Assembly: GCA_963741955.1 (NCBI GenBank)
Contig: CAVUKB010000005.1
Coordinates: 1,402,179 to 1,466,178, forward strand
Direction of reading: 5' to 3'
DNA length: 64,000 nucleotides
From: an uncultured Acidobacteriota bacterium
Lineage (GTDB): Bacteria > Acidobacteriota > Thermoanaerobaculia > Gp7-AA8
Shown here: one piece after another, positions 19,462 to 28,784 of the stretch
Layout: the number at the start of each line of letters is the position of its first letter
Numbering within the stretch: position 1 is the first letter of the stretch
Program-made: the position numbers and the translations under genes
Notes under the pieces: generated by a model
Seen by the model: the letters and a program-made list of their open reading frames with translations, nothing else
Database searches by the model: none
What the model was told of the DNA's origin: nothing

Positions 19462-20643
19462 TCAGTTCTGCGATTCCCGCAGCCGCGCCGCCGCACGCCC
19501 CGGCCCCGCAGCAAGTTCTCCTCGGTTTTTCGAAACGGCCTCCGACAGAAGCTCGACGAGCCGGTCGATCTCCGCGATCGTCGTGAAACGGCTGAGAGAG
19601 ACCCGGATGGTACTCCGCGCATCATCACCCGAAACCCCCATGGCAAGCAATACATGACTCGGTTCGAGTCGACCCGATGAACATGCGGATCCGGTCGAGA
19701 CGGCGACACCCGCGAGATCGAGTGCGATCACGATCGCCTCACCATCACAGCCCCGAAGCTCCACACTGCTCGTGTTCCCCACCCGTGGGACCGTGGCGCC
19801 ATGGATCGACACGTCGGGAACGCGTTCGGCCAGCCTCTGCTCGAATCGGTCGCGCAGCTCCGCCACCCGTTTCACCGGCGCAAGGTCGGCCGCCAGAACC
19901 GCAGCGGCTCCGAACCCGGCGGCCAGCGGAACACTCTCGGTGCCGGCCCGTCGCCGCCGCTCCTGCGCTCCGCCGGAGAGAAGAGGCTTGAGGACGCAAC
20001 CGCTGCGGACGAAAAGAGCACCGATCCCTTTCGGCCCGTGAATCTTGTGCGCAGTCACGGTCAGAGTCGTTGCGCCGATCGCTTCGACGTCGAGGGGGAA
20101 TCTTCCCGCGCCCTGCACCGCATCACAGTGGAAGTGAATCCCCCGGCTGCGGCAGATCTCACCGACCACGGCGACCGGCTGCAGCACCCCCGTTTCATTG
20201 TTCGCCAGCATCAGTGCAACCAGCCCCGTGTCGTCGCGCAGAGCCTCCGCGATCGCTTCCGCGGGAACGACTCCGCGGGAATCGCAATCGACCACGGTCA
20301 GAGGATGCCCGTTCCGCTCGAGTCTGCGGCATGCTTCCAGCACGGACGGGTGCTCGATGGAACTTGTAACAACATGGCAACGCCCGGACCGTGTCATTGC
20401 CGCACCGAAGATGGCAGCATTGTTGGACTCGGTGCCACCGCTCGTGAAGACCACCTCCCGAGGAGTCGCGTGGAGCAGCGCGGAAACTTCCTCCCGGGCC
20501 TTCTCGATCACCCGGCGGGCCGACTGACCATCCTGGTGGATGCTGGAGGCATTACCGAAGGTCACTCGAAAATGGTGATTCAGCACATCCAGAACCTCAG
20601 GATGGATCGCAGTCGTTGCGTTGTTGTCGAGATAGATCCGCAT
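19462..20643 (-). CDS. iscS: Cysteine desulfurase (IscS/NifS group I)
   Basis: YLDNNATT, FTSGGTESNN, ANNETG, AHKIHGPKG, STGSACSS. Confidence 0.9.
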   Translation of the reverse strand: MRIYLDNNATTAIHPEVLDVLNHHFRVTFGNASSIHQDGQSARRVIEKAREEVSALLHATPREVVFTSGGTESNNAAIFGAAMTRSGRCHVVTSSIEHPSVLEACRRLERNGHPLTVVDCDSRGVVPAEAIAEALRDDTGLVALMLANNETGVLQPVAVVGEICRSRGIHFHCDAVQGAGRFPLDVEAIGATTLTVTAHKIHGPKGIGALFVRSGCVLKPLLSGGAQERRRRAGTESVPLAAGFGAAAVLAADLAPVKRVAELRDRFEQRLAERVPDVSIHGATVPRVGNTSSVELRGCDGEAIVIALDLAGVAVSTGSACSSGRLEPSHVLLAMGVSGDDARSTIRVSLSRFTTIAEIDRLVELLSEAVSKNRGELAAGPGRAAARLRESQN

Positions 20644-20685
20644 GGTTCACGGCTCCTTCAGGGCCAGAGCGCGAGGTGTCCATCG

Positions 20686-23600
20686 ATGATTCGCAGGTTC
20701 GCCATCATTCTTCTCACCGCACTCGCGGCGTTCAACGTCGACGCGAGAACGAACGTTCCAGCCTCCGCTCAGGAGGCGCCACCGAGTCAGGGAACGGTCA
20801 AACTCTCGAAACCTGCCCAGCCCGTGCTCCCGACGCTCTCCCGCGCCGAACGGAAACGCTTTCGCGAGAAGCTCGACCCGAAATACCGGACCTTCCTCGA
20901 CACCGTCGATCCGATCATCGTCCCTCAGGAGCTCGATCTCTTCCTCTCTCTCCATACCGACGCGCACCGCGACGCGTTCATCGATTCGTTCTGGAGCCGC
21001 CGCGATCCGCAGGGAGCGCATCCCGGGACCTACCGTGAAGACTACCTCGCACGACGCGACGAGGCCAAAGCGAAATTCGAGCGGCTCGACTCGGATCGCG
21101 CACGAGTCTACCTTCTCCAGGGACGTCCGGCCGAACAACACGACATCGACTGCCCCCGCTATCTGCAACCGATCCAGCTGTGGCGGTATCAGTCCCTCCC
21201 CGGTGCCGGCCGCACGTCGTGGCTCGTCTTCTACCAGCCGCGGAGCGGCGTCGAGTACCGCCTCTGGAGCTCGATTCCCCAGCGGGGAAACGACGCCCTC
21301 AATGAGCTTCTTTCACAGGAAGCGATCGTCGACGGTGAGACCGTGGCGAGCATCTTCACACCCCAGTCGGCACAGCCATTCGGCGGGATCGGCGGCAGCG
21401 TCGCGGGCTCGTCCGCTCCGCGGAAACTCGACACCTGCTCCGGCGCCGATCTCCTGCTGAGCGTCGCGCTGAACCAGACTTCGATGCCTTCAGGGCTCGC
21501 CGCCGCGGCGATGCGGCAGCCGAAGGTCGAGGAGGAAGCGCTCCGGCAGTTCGCGTCCACACTGGTCGGACCCGCTGCCGAGGATGGCCATGAAACCGCA
21601 AAGGAGACCACGAAGAAGGCCGCGGCCCTGAAGGCGGACCCCACTCAGAACCCTGGCGTTCGCAAGCTGTCGCGGCGTGAGCGCAAAGACCGGATCGCGG
21701 CTCTCGGCGAGAAGTACCGGCAGTTCCTTCTCGACGTCGAGCCGATCATGCAACCGGTGGAGCTGAACACCTTCCTTCTTCTCGAATCGGATGCGCAGCG
21801 GGATCTCTACATCGACGACTTCTGGCGACGACGCGACGTCTACACCCACTCGGCGGACAGCGACTACCGCCGCGATTACTACGAACGCCTCGAAGAGGCG
21901 AAGTCGATGTTCAAGTACATCTCCTCCGATCGATCGAAGATGTATCTCATCCACGGGCGACCGGACGACGTCCTCCGCTCCGACTGCCGCGAGTACCTCC
22001 AGCCCATCGAGATCTGGCACTACGGCTTCATCCCGGGTCAGGGTCACGACATCGTGCTCCTCTTCTACCAGCCCCGGATGGGAAACGAGTACCGGCTCTG
22101 GATCCCGATGGGCGACATGCAGGACGAGCTCGGAGATCTCCTCTCCAGCGAGATCGCCGGCTCGATGGGGGTTCAACGCGGCGTGCAGTTCGTCTTCTAC
22201 GACAGCGCGGGCGGCGGCGGCTCTCAGGTCAGCAAGATCTACTTCAGCTGCAAATACGGCCAACAGATTCTCGATGCGATCTTCAAGAGCCAGCAGAACC
22301 GCCTGGAGATGGGGAAGCTCTGGGACGCTCCGAAGGTCAATGAAGAGGATGTGAACCGGATCCTCAAGGCGACCGTTCTGTCGGACCCGAACGCTCCGAA
22401 GTTCCCGGCAGAGCTTTCCGCCACCTATCCCGGCAAACGAGGTGCTCGGACCGCGACCCAGCTGACCGCGCTCGTCGACCGTGACGAGCTCCTCACCAAG
22501 GACATCAACGGTGCGAAGTTCTACGACATCGACGTGACCGGCGAGATCATCCGCGACGGCCGGATGTACGAGAACTTCCGCTACCGCTTCGACTACCCCG
22601 CCGAGACCGCCTCACAGAAGATACCGGTCGTCGTCGACCGCTTCATCCGCCCCGGAAATTACAAGGCCAGATTGAAGATCGTCGACGCGAATTCCGGCGC
22701 GGAAGCGATCGTGGAGAAGGATCTCGAAGTCCCTTACATCCAGGACTCTCCTCAAAAGGAAGCAGCCGCGCAGGAGGGAAGCGACACCGTCAACCGTCTT
22801 CAGAAGGAGTTCTGGACCGGAGAGTCGCGCCTCCGCATCGTTCCTCTGCCCGACGAGCTGGTGACCGGTCTTCAGAAAATCGACACGATCGTCTCCGGCG
22901 ACAAGATCACCAGCGTCGATTTCTATGTCGACGGCAGGAAGATCATGTCCAAGCGCACTCCCCCCTTCTCACTGGAGCTCAATCTGGGCGATGTCCCCAG
23001 GATTCGGACCGTGCGTGCGGTGGGACTGAACGACAAGGGCACCCCTCTCGCCGCCGACCAGCTCACGATCAACGAAGGTCGTGACCCGTTCCGGGTGAAG
23101 ATCGTTTCGCCGCAGGTCGCGGTCAAGGCCGCCGGCGCCCTCAAAGTCGAGCTCGAATGCAAGATCCCCCAGGGAAAGAAACTCAAATCACTCGAGCTCT
23201 ATCTCAACGAGACGAAGGTCGGGACCTTGTACTCGCCCCCCTTCATCACCAGCGTGAACGTGCCGCCGGATCTCGGCGTAGGGTACCTCCGCGCAGTCGC
23301 CACGCTGCAGGACTCGAGCTACAACCCGGTCGAAGACGTCGTCTTCATCAATACCCCGGAGTTCATGCAGCAGATCGACGTTCACCTGGTCGAGCTCCCG
23401 ACCTCCGTCCTGGAAGGGAACGAGCCGGTCTTGAATCTGAAGGAATCGGATTTCAAGGTTTTCGATGGCGGAAAACAGACCAAGATCGCCCGCTTCGACT
23501 ACGTCAAGGATCTCCCTCTCTCGATCGGTCTCGCGGTCGACAGCTCCGGCTCCATGCTTCCGCGGATGGACGAAGCGCAGAAAGCCGGCGCCGAGTTCTT

Positions 23601-24159
23601 CCAGCGCGTGCTGCGACCGGGCGACAAGGCCTTCGTGGTCGGGTTCGACACCCAGCCGATGCTGGTTCAGAAGTGGTCCTCGCACCTCTCCGCTCTCAAT
23701 GCAGGACTCGCCTCGCTCCGTGCGGAAGAGGCGACCGCTCTCTACGACGCCATCGTCTATTCGCTCTACAACTTTCAGGGAATCCGAGGTCAGAAGGCGC
23801 TGGTGGTGATCACCGACGGGAAGGACACCGCGTCGAAGTTCACGTTCGAACAGGCGCTCGAGTACGCGCGACGTCTCGGCGTTCCGATCTACACCATCGG
23901 AATCGGCCTCAACTCCTCCGAGATCGACGTACGCTACAAGCTGACCAGGTTCGCGAGCGAAACGGGGGGGAACGCGTACTACATCGAGCGCGCCTCCGAC
24001 CTCCGCAAGATCTACAGCGACATCGAGAACCAGCTCCGCTCGCAGTACGTCCTCGGCATCTATCCCCCTCCGGACGTCAAGCCCGGCTCAGAGTGGAGAG
24101 AGGTGCGGGTGGAAGTCTCGAAAGGAAAAGCGAAAACGGTCCGAGGATATTACCCGTAA
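20686..24159 (+). CDS. Secreted protein with two GWxTD domains, Ig-like repeats and a C-terminal VWA domain
   Basis: Signal peptide; two copies of FID.FW.RRD...Y..R...A...F...SDR...Y...G.P; VWA MIDAS DSSGSM, TALYDA, ITDGKD, LRSQYVLG. Confidence 0.85.
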   Translation: MIRRFAIILLTALAAFNVDARTNVPASAQEAPPSQGTVKLSKPAQPVLPTLSRAERKRFREKLDPKYRTFLDTVDPIIVPQELDLFLSLHTDAHRDAFIDSFWSRRDPQGAHPGTYREDYLARRDEAKAKFERLDSDRARVYLLQGRPAEQHDIDCPRYLQPIQLWRYQSLPGAGRTSWLVFYQPRSGVEYRLWSSIPQRGNDALNELLSQEAIVDGETVASIFTPQSAQPFGGIGGSVAGSSAPRKLDTCSGADLLLSVALNQTSMPSGLAAAAMRQPKVEEEALRQFASTLVGPAAEDGHETAKETTKKAAALKADPTQNPGVRKLSRRERKDRIAALGEKYRQFLLDVEPIMQPVELNTFLLLESDAQRDLYIDDFWRRRDVYTHSADSDYRRDYYERLEEAKSMFKYISSDRSKMYLIHGRPDDVLRSDCREYLQPIEIWHYGFIPGQGHDIVLLFYQPRMGNEYRLWIPMGDMQDELGDLLSSEIAGSMGVQRGVQFVFYDSAGGGGSQVSKIYFSCKYGQQILDAIFKSQQNRLEMGKLWDAPKVNEEDVNRILKATVLSDPNAPKFPAELSATYPGKRGARTATQLTALVDRDELLTKDINGAKFYDIDVTGEIIRDGRMYENFRYRFDYPAETASQKIPVVVDRFIRPGNYKARLKIVDANSGAEAIVEKDLEVPYIQDSPQKEAAAQEGSDTVNRLQKEFWTGESRLRIVPLPDELVTGLQKIDTIVSGDKITSVDFYVDGRKIMSKRTPPFSLELNLGDVPRIRTVRAVGLNDKGTPLAADQLTINEGRDPFRVKIVSPQVAVKAAGALKVELECKIPQGKKLKSLELYLNETKVGTLYSPPFITSVNVPPDLGVGYLRAVATLQDSSYNPVEDVVFINTPEFMQQIDVHLVELPTSVLEGNEPVLNLKESDFKVFDGGKQTKIARFDYVKDLPLSIGLAVDSSGSMLPRMDEAQKAGAEFFQRVLRPGDKAFVVGFDTQPMLVQKWSSHLSALNAGLASLRAEEATALYDAIVYSLYNFQGIRGQKALVVITDGKDTASKFTFEQALEYARRLGVPIYTIGIGLNSSEIDVRYKLTRFASETGGNAYYIERASDLRKIYSDIENQLRSQYVLGIYPPPDVKPGSEWREVRVEVSKGKAKTVRGYYP

Positions 24160-24163
24160 AGGC

Positions 24164-24333
24164 ATCTGATATCTATTATCTGTTATCTGTTATCTGTTAT
24201 CTGTTATCTGTTATCTGATGGCTGATATCTATCTGATGCCTGATATCTGATGAATATTGCATGACGTTATCTGTTATCTATTTATCTGTCCCTTCGATAT
24301 CAGATATTAGATAACAGATATTAGATATTAGAT
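24164..24333. repeat. AT-rich heptamer tandem repeat (TATCTGT) with inverted copies
   Basis: Five perfect TATCTGT units at 24177-24211, degenerate units, and inverse (C/T)AGATA units at ~24296-24333, between convergent genes. Confidence 0.9.
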
Positions 24334-25266
24334 GTCTTTCTCTTCTTTGCGCTCGCGTGCGATTCGCTCGCGCTCGGCGGCCTTCTCTTCGCGGCGCTGG
24401 TTCGCATCGGCCTTGATCCGCTCCGCGATTTTCTTTCCCGTCGGCGTGACCGCGAGTCCCCCCTCGGCGGTCTCCCGCAGCCCTCGCGGCAGCGCCCGGC
24501 CGATCCGCACCATCGCCTGCACCACCTCGTCCATCGGAATCACCGACTCGACCCCGGCCAGCGCGAGCTGCGCCGCCGTCAGGCCGTGGATGGCGTAGAA
24601 CGAGTTCCGCTTCACGCACGGAACTTCGACCAGCCCTCCCACCGGGTCGCACACCAGCCCGAGGACGTTCTTGAGGCCGAGCGTCGCGGCGTGAATGCAT
24701 TGGGATGTGCTTCCCCCAACCATATACGCGGCGCCCGCTGCGCCCATCGATGCAGCCACGCCCACTTCGTTCTGGCAGCCTCCCGCCGCGCCGGAGATGT
24801 TCGCCTTGATCGAGACCAGCGACCCGATGCCTCCGGCCACCACCATGGCTCGGACTGTCTTGACCGGATCGATCTCTCTTTCTTCTTCGAGTGCGAGAAG
24901 CATCCCCGGGACCACACCTCCCGCGCCGGCGGTCGGGGCAGCGACGATCACGCCCATCCGCGAGTTCTCACCCATGACCGCCAGGGCGTAGACCATCGCC
25001 TTGACCGTCAGCGGGTCGAGGAACGTCCGTCCCTCGTTGTACGCCGCGGCGAGGAGCTTCGCCTCTCCTCCCACCAGCTTCCCCATCGAGATGCCGCCAT
25101 CCTGTCCGCGGCGCACGCACTCGAGCATCACTTCCCGGCGGCGCGAGAGCGCGTCGAGAATCTCCTCCGGAGAGTGACCGCTCTCCTCCGAGTCGCTCTC
25201 CAGAAACACATCGGCCAGATCGCGATCGCGACCGACCTCCTCGAGCTCCGCAAAAGTTCGAATCAT
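24328..25266 (-). CDS. sdaAA: L-serine dehydratase, Fe-S dependent, alpha subunit
   Basis: IVAAPTAGAGG, SGAAGGCQNEVG, GLVCDPVGGLVEVPCVKRN, RETAEGGLA. Confidence 0.95.
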   Translation of the reverse strand: MIRTFAELEEVGRDRDLADVFLESDSEESGHSPEEILDALSRRREVMLECVRRGQDGGISMGKLVGGEAKLLAAAYNEGRTFLDPLTVKAMVYALAVMGENSRMGVIVAAPTAGAGGVVPGMLLALEEEREIDPVKTVRAMVVAGGIGSLVSIKANISGAAGGCQNEVGVAASMGAAGAAYMVGGSTSQCIHAATLGLKNVLGLVCDPVGGLVEVPCVKRNSFYAIHGLTAAQLALAGVESVIPMDEVVQAMVRIGRALPRGLRETAEGGLAVTPTGKKIAERIKADANQRREEKAAERERIARERKEEKDI

Positions 25267-25321
25267 CGAGACCTCGTCATCTTCAGCTTCGGTTCCGGAT
25301 CAGCACACCGCGCGGCATTGG

Positions 25322-26005
25322 TCAGGGAATGCGGTCCAGGTAGCGGACGTCCGCGACGTCCGGGAGATCGCAGATCCGCTCCACGGCTCCGTGCGAAAGA
25401 GGCGAATCGACGTCGATCTCCATGAACGCCTCTTTTCCCCGCTGGTTCCGCGAACAGTAGAGCGATGCGATATTGATTCCTTCATCGGCGATAATTTCCG
25501 TCGCCTCGTGAATCATTCCGGGGCGGTCCCGGTAGAACATCAGCAGAGTCGGCGAATCCGCCTTGAATCGGGCCGCGAATCCGTTGATGCTGAACACTTC
25601 GATCGCTCCACCGCCGATCGATGAACCGATGATCTCGACTTCCCGCGTCGGACCCTCCAGAACGATCCGTACGGTGTTCGGGTGTACGTCGCCGAGGTCC
25701 TCTTCCTGGAAATCGACGACGGTCCCCTTCTGCTCCGCGATGCGAATCGCCTCGGGGATTCGCGGATCGTCCACCGACAGACCCGTCGCTCCCCCCACCA
25801 GTGCGAAGTCCGAGCCGTGACCCCGATACGTCTTCGCCAGAGGGGGATGGAGGAAGATGCGGATCGTCTTCGGCTCTTCGTGAAGAATCTCGAAGGCCAC
25901 CCGGCCGAGTCTCGCGGTCCCCGCCGTGTGCGAGCTCGACGGACCGACCATCACCGGCCCCATGATGTCGAGGATCGGGATTTTGCGCTCCTGCTGCCTT
26001 GCCAT
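25322..26005 (-). CDS. sdaAB: L-serine dehydratase beta subunit with ACT domain
   Basis: DIMGPVMVGPSSSHTAG, TYRGHGSD, HPNT, GSSIGGG, DRPGMI. Confidence 0.95.
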   Translation of the reverse strand: MARQQERKIPILDIMGPVMVGPSSSHTAGTARLGRVAFEILHEEPKTIRIFLHPPLAKTYRGHGSDFALVGGATGLSVDDPRIPEAIRIAEQKGTVVDFQEEDLGDVHPNTVRIVLEGPTREVEIIGSSIGGGAIEVFSINGFAARFKADSPTLLMFYRDRPGMIHEATEIIADEGINIASLYCSRNQRGKEAFMEIDVDSPLSHGAVERICDLPDVADVRYLDRIP

Positions 26006-26140
26006 AGGTGCGGATGATTCTACGACGGGAGCGCGTCGGGCCGCGAGCTCTTCGGGCGGGAGACCTTCGCCCCCCGTGATGCGTCTCACTCCATGACGCC
26101 GCCCACTACGAACGCGATCGGAGGTGTTCCGCGTCTTCTT

Positions 26141-26323
26141 TAGCCCGCATTTCTCACATCGCCTCGACGCGAGGAGGCGGAGAGCGGCTTGGATACAAGG
26201 CGCGCGCAACTTCGGCGACGAAGGCATAGTGGTGACTATGTTGAGGAGCCGAAGCTGTGCGCAACGTAGTAGACAGCCCGCTATCCGGCTCCGCAGCAGA
26301 GACGATCTGAGAAATACGGGCTA
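26141..26323. mobile_element. MITE-like element A (~183 bp) with ~25-bp terminal inverted repeats
   Basis: Left end TAGCCCGCATTTCTCACATCGCCTC; reverse complement of right end TAGCCCGTATTTCTCAGATCGTCTC. Internal palindrome CTTCGGC..CATAGT-GGTG-ACTATG..GCCGAAG. Confidence 0.7.
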
Positions 26324-26485
26324 GGAGTCTGCGCGATAGAAACGTCCGTAGCGAGAAAGCGGAGCAACGAGGCCAAATTCGTTCGGATTTGAGGTGCGTA
26401 GCGGTGGCTACTCGCCGAAAATCCGGGCGGATTTGGACCGTTGACCCGCTTTCGCAGTAGGACAGTTTCCACCGCGCAGACTCCT
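26323..26485. mobile_element. MITE-like element B (~163 bp), nearly fully palindromic
   Basis: Ends AGGAGTCTGCGCG / CGCGCAGACTCCT, with nested arms GAAAGCGG/CCGCTTTC, CCAAATTCG/CGGATTTGG and TAGC/GCTA. Confidence 0.7.
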
Positions 26486-26515
26486 GGGATCGGTTAGACT
26501 TCGCGTCGGAATCTC

Positions 26516-26899
26516 ATGAGCTCGAAACGAACCATTCTCGTCGTCGATGATGATCAGCCGATTCTCCTCCTGATGGAGAACCTGCTGCGCGAGTTCGGCT
26601 TCAGCGCCCGAACTGCATCCTGCGGGGAAGATGCAATCGAGGCGGCCCGGCAGGAGATCCCGGCCGCGATTCTCCTCGACATGAACATGCCGGGGATGTG
26701 CGGCGAAGACGTGATCGCCGAATTCCGGAAGGATCCGTCGCTCGCCGGCGTCCCGGTGATCATCCTGAGCGGAGAGAAGATGTCGGAGAGCGAAGTGAAG
26801 GCATTCGACGCGTATGCCGCCGTGCAGAAGCCGTTCGAGCTGTCGGAGCTGATCCGGATCATCCGGGAGAGCGTCGATGCCTCCGAAGTTTCCAGCTGA
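26516..26899 (+). CDS. Single-domain response regulator (CheY-like)
   Basis: ILVVDDD, LLDMNMPG, ILSG, QKPF. Confidence 0.9.
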   Translation: MSSKRTILVVDDDQPILLLMENLLREFGFSARTASCGEDAIEAARQEIPAAILLDMNMPGMCGEDVIAEFRKDPSLAGVPVIILSGEKMSESEVKAFDAYAAVQKPFELSELIRIIRESVDASEVSS

Positions 26900-27154
26900 C
26901 GCCGCTCCCGCCGAACCTCTGCCCCAAGAACGCTTTTTGCTATAAGATCCAGCACCGTCCTGCCTCTCCGGCAGACGTTCCCATCGGCACGGTCGCGGAG
27001 CTCCCGCCGGCCCGGATGACCCGCGGGAGATCGTGAGGAGGCGGAGCAGACGGGCTCGTCGCCGCAGAAGAATTCCGCAACGATCCGGGGAGGGAATGAC
27101 CACTCCTTCAACCGCTCGGGATGCGAAAGAAACGAATGATCACGGAGGTCTCTG

Positions 27155-28594
27155 ATGATTCACGAAACACTCGAAAGTCTACGCAAGGCGCTCGCAGATG
27201 CGGGCGTGATCGGTCACGAAGCAGGAGCGGGGAAGACGGAGCTCGCGAAAGTGCGCGACACACTGATCGATGATCTGATCCGGACCGGCGTCTTCTCCTC
27301 CGACGAAAAGACCCGCGATGCCGCTCGCGACGCGATTCACGTCCTTGCTCGCCAGTGCGGCGCGATCCCCTGCTCGATCCAGGGCCTCTACGAAGCGATC
27401 GGCCGCGGTGAGCTGAAGCCGACCTTCACCGTTCCCGCGCACAACATCCGCACCATGACGTACGACATCTGCCGCCGCCTCTTCCGGGCGGCCATCCGCA
27501 ACGACGTCGGCCCCTTCATCTTCGAGATCGCCCGCTCCGAGATCGGCTACACCGAGCAGCGTCCTGCCGAATATGCCGCATGCGTCCTCGCGGCAGCGGT
27601 GAAGGAAGGCTACCAGGGCCCCGTCTTCATCCAGGGCGACCATTTCCAGGCGAGCGTGAAGCGCTGGACGGGCGGCGAAAAGGAGAAGGAACAGAAGGCG
27701 ATCGAGGCGCTGATCGACGAAGCTCTCGCCGCCGAGTTCTACAACATCGACATCGACACCTCGACCCTGGTCGACCTCAGCCAGCCGACCATACCCGAAC
27801 AGCAGCGCCCGAACTTCGAAGGAACCGCTCATTTCACCCGCTACATCCGTGAGCGCGAGCCGAAAGGGATCGAGGTCTCCATCGGCGGCGAGATCGGCGA
27901 AGTCGGAAAATCCAACACCAGCCCCGAAGAGTTCCGGGCCTACATCGACGGATTCCGAAAACTCGTTCCGGCCGGAACGAAGGGGGTGAGTAAAGTCTCC
28001 ATCCAGACCGGCACGTCTCACGGCGGAGTGGTCATGCCCGACGGCTCGATCGCGAAGGTCAGCATCGACTTCGGCACTCTGCGCACCATCTCCGACGTCG
28101 CCCGCTCCGAGTACGGAATCGGCGGCGCGGTGCAGCACGGCGCGTCGACCCTCTCCGAGGATGTTTTCGACGAGTTCCCGAAAGCGGACACCCTCGAGAT
28201 TCATCTCGCGACTGCCTTCCAGAACATGGTCTATGACCACCCGAGCTTCCCATCCGAGCTTCACGACGAGATCGCCGACTGGTGCCGCGCGAACCTCGCC
28301 AGCGAACGGAAGGAAAAGGACACCGAGGAGCAGTTCGTCTACAAGAGCCGCAAGAAAGCCCTCGGACCGTTCAAGCGCCGCATCTGGGATCTTCCTTCCG
28401 ACCGCAAAGAGGCGATCCTCGACGACATCGAAAAGAAGTTCGCGTTCCTCATGGACAAGCTCGGCGTCTACGGGACGAAGGAGATCATCCAGAATTTCGT
28501 CTCGACCGAAGCGTCGGCCTCCCGCCCCGAGTTCTCCTCCCGCGCCGCCCTGCAGCCGCTCTCGGCTCTGGTCGTCGAGGGAGAAGGAGAGTAG
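27155..28594 (+). CDS. fba: Class II fructose-bisphosphate aldolase (long form)
   Basis: QGDHFQ, IDIDTS, GEIGEVG, GTSHGG, VQHGAS; GGAGG RBS. Confidence 0.85.
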   Translation: MIHETLESLRKALADAGVIGHEAGAGKTELAKVRDTLIDDLIRTGVFSSDEKTRDAARDAIHVLARQCGAIPCSIQGLYEAIGRGELKPTFTVPAHNIRTMTYDICRRLFRAAIRNDVGPFIFEIARSEIGYTEQRPAEYAACVLAAAVKEGYQGPVFIQGDHFQASVKRWTGGEKEKEQKAIEALIDEALAAEFYNIDIDTSTLVDLSQPTIPEQQRPNFEGTAHFTRYIREREPKGIEVSIGGEIGEVGKSNTSPEEFRAYIDGFRKLVPAGTKGVSKVSIQTGTSHGGVVMPDGSIAKVSIDFGTLRTISDVARSEYGIGGAVQHGASTLSEDVFDEFPKADTLEIHLATAFQNMVYDHPSFPSELHDEIADWCRANLASERKEKDTEEQFVYKSRKKALGPFKRRIWDLPSDRKEAILDDIEKKFAFLMDKLGVYGTKEIIQNFVSTEASASRPEFSSRAALQPLSALVVEGEGE

Positions 28595-28644
28595 AGGCAT
28601 CGAGGATCGACGAACTGCAATCGAGGATCTGAAGAAGAAGGAGT

Positions 28645-28748
28645 GTCGGACAAGTCGGACTGGTCGGACCTGTCCGACTTGTCCGACGAATCTCCCCCCG
28701 AGCCCCGAGCCTCGAGCCTCCAGTCTCGATTCTCGATTCTCGATTCTT
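28645..28748. repeat. Inverted 9-mer repeats followed by a heptamer tract
   Basis: GTCGGACAAGTCGGAC...GTCCGACTTGTCCGAC hairpin, then GAGCC(C/T)C and GATTCTC units. Confidence 0.75.
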
Positions 28749-28784
28749 GACGGCACCGATCCCGCTTTATACTCTCTCCGCCCG

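Noticed and set aside
23157-24218. ORF ending in YLLSVICYLLSVI as a membrane peptide
   Set aside because: It is an out-of-frame overlap with the VWA gene, and the tail is only the translated TATCTGT repeat.
26141-26485. Integron attC sites or a riboswitch
   Set aside because: No RYYYAAC...GTTRRRY ends, no integron integrase or cassettes, and no recognisable aptamer. Terminal inverted repeats fit MITEs better.
26900-27154. Structured leader or ncRNA upstream of fba
   Set aside because: It is GC-rich with possible stems, but I could not identify a convincing motif or long helix by eye.
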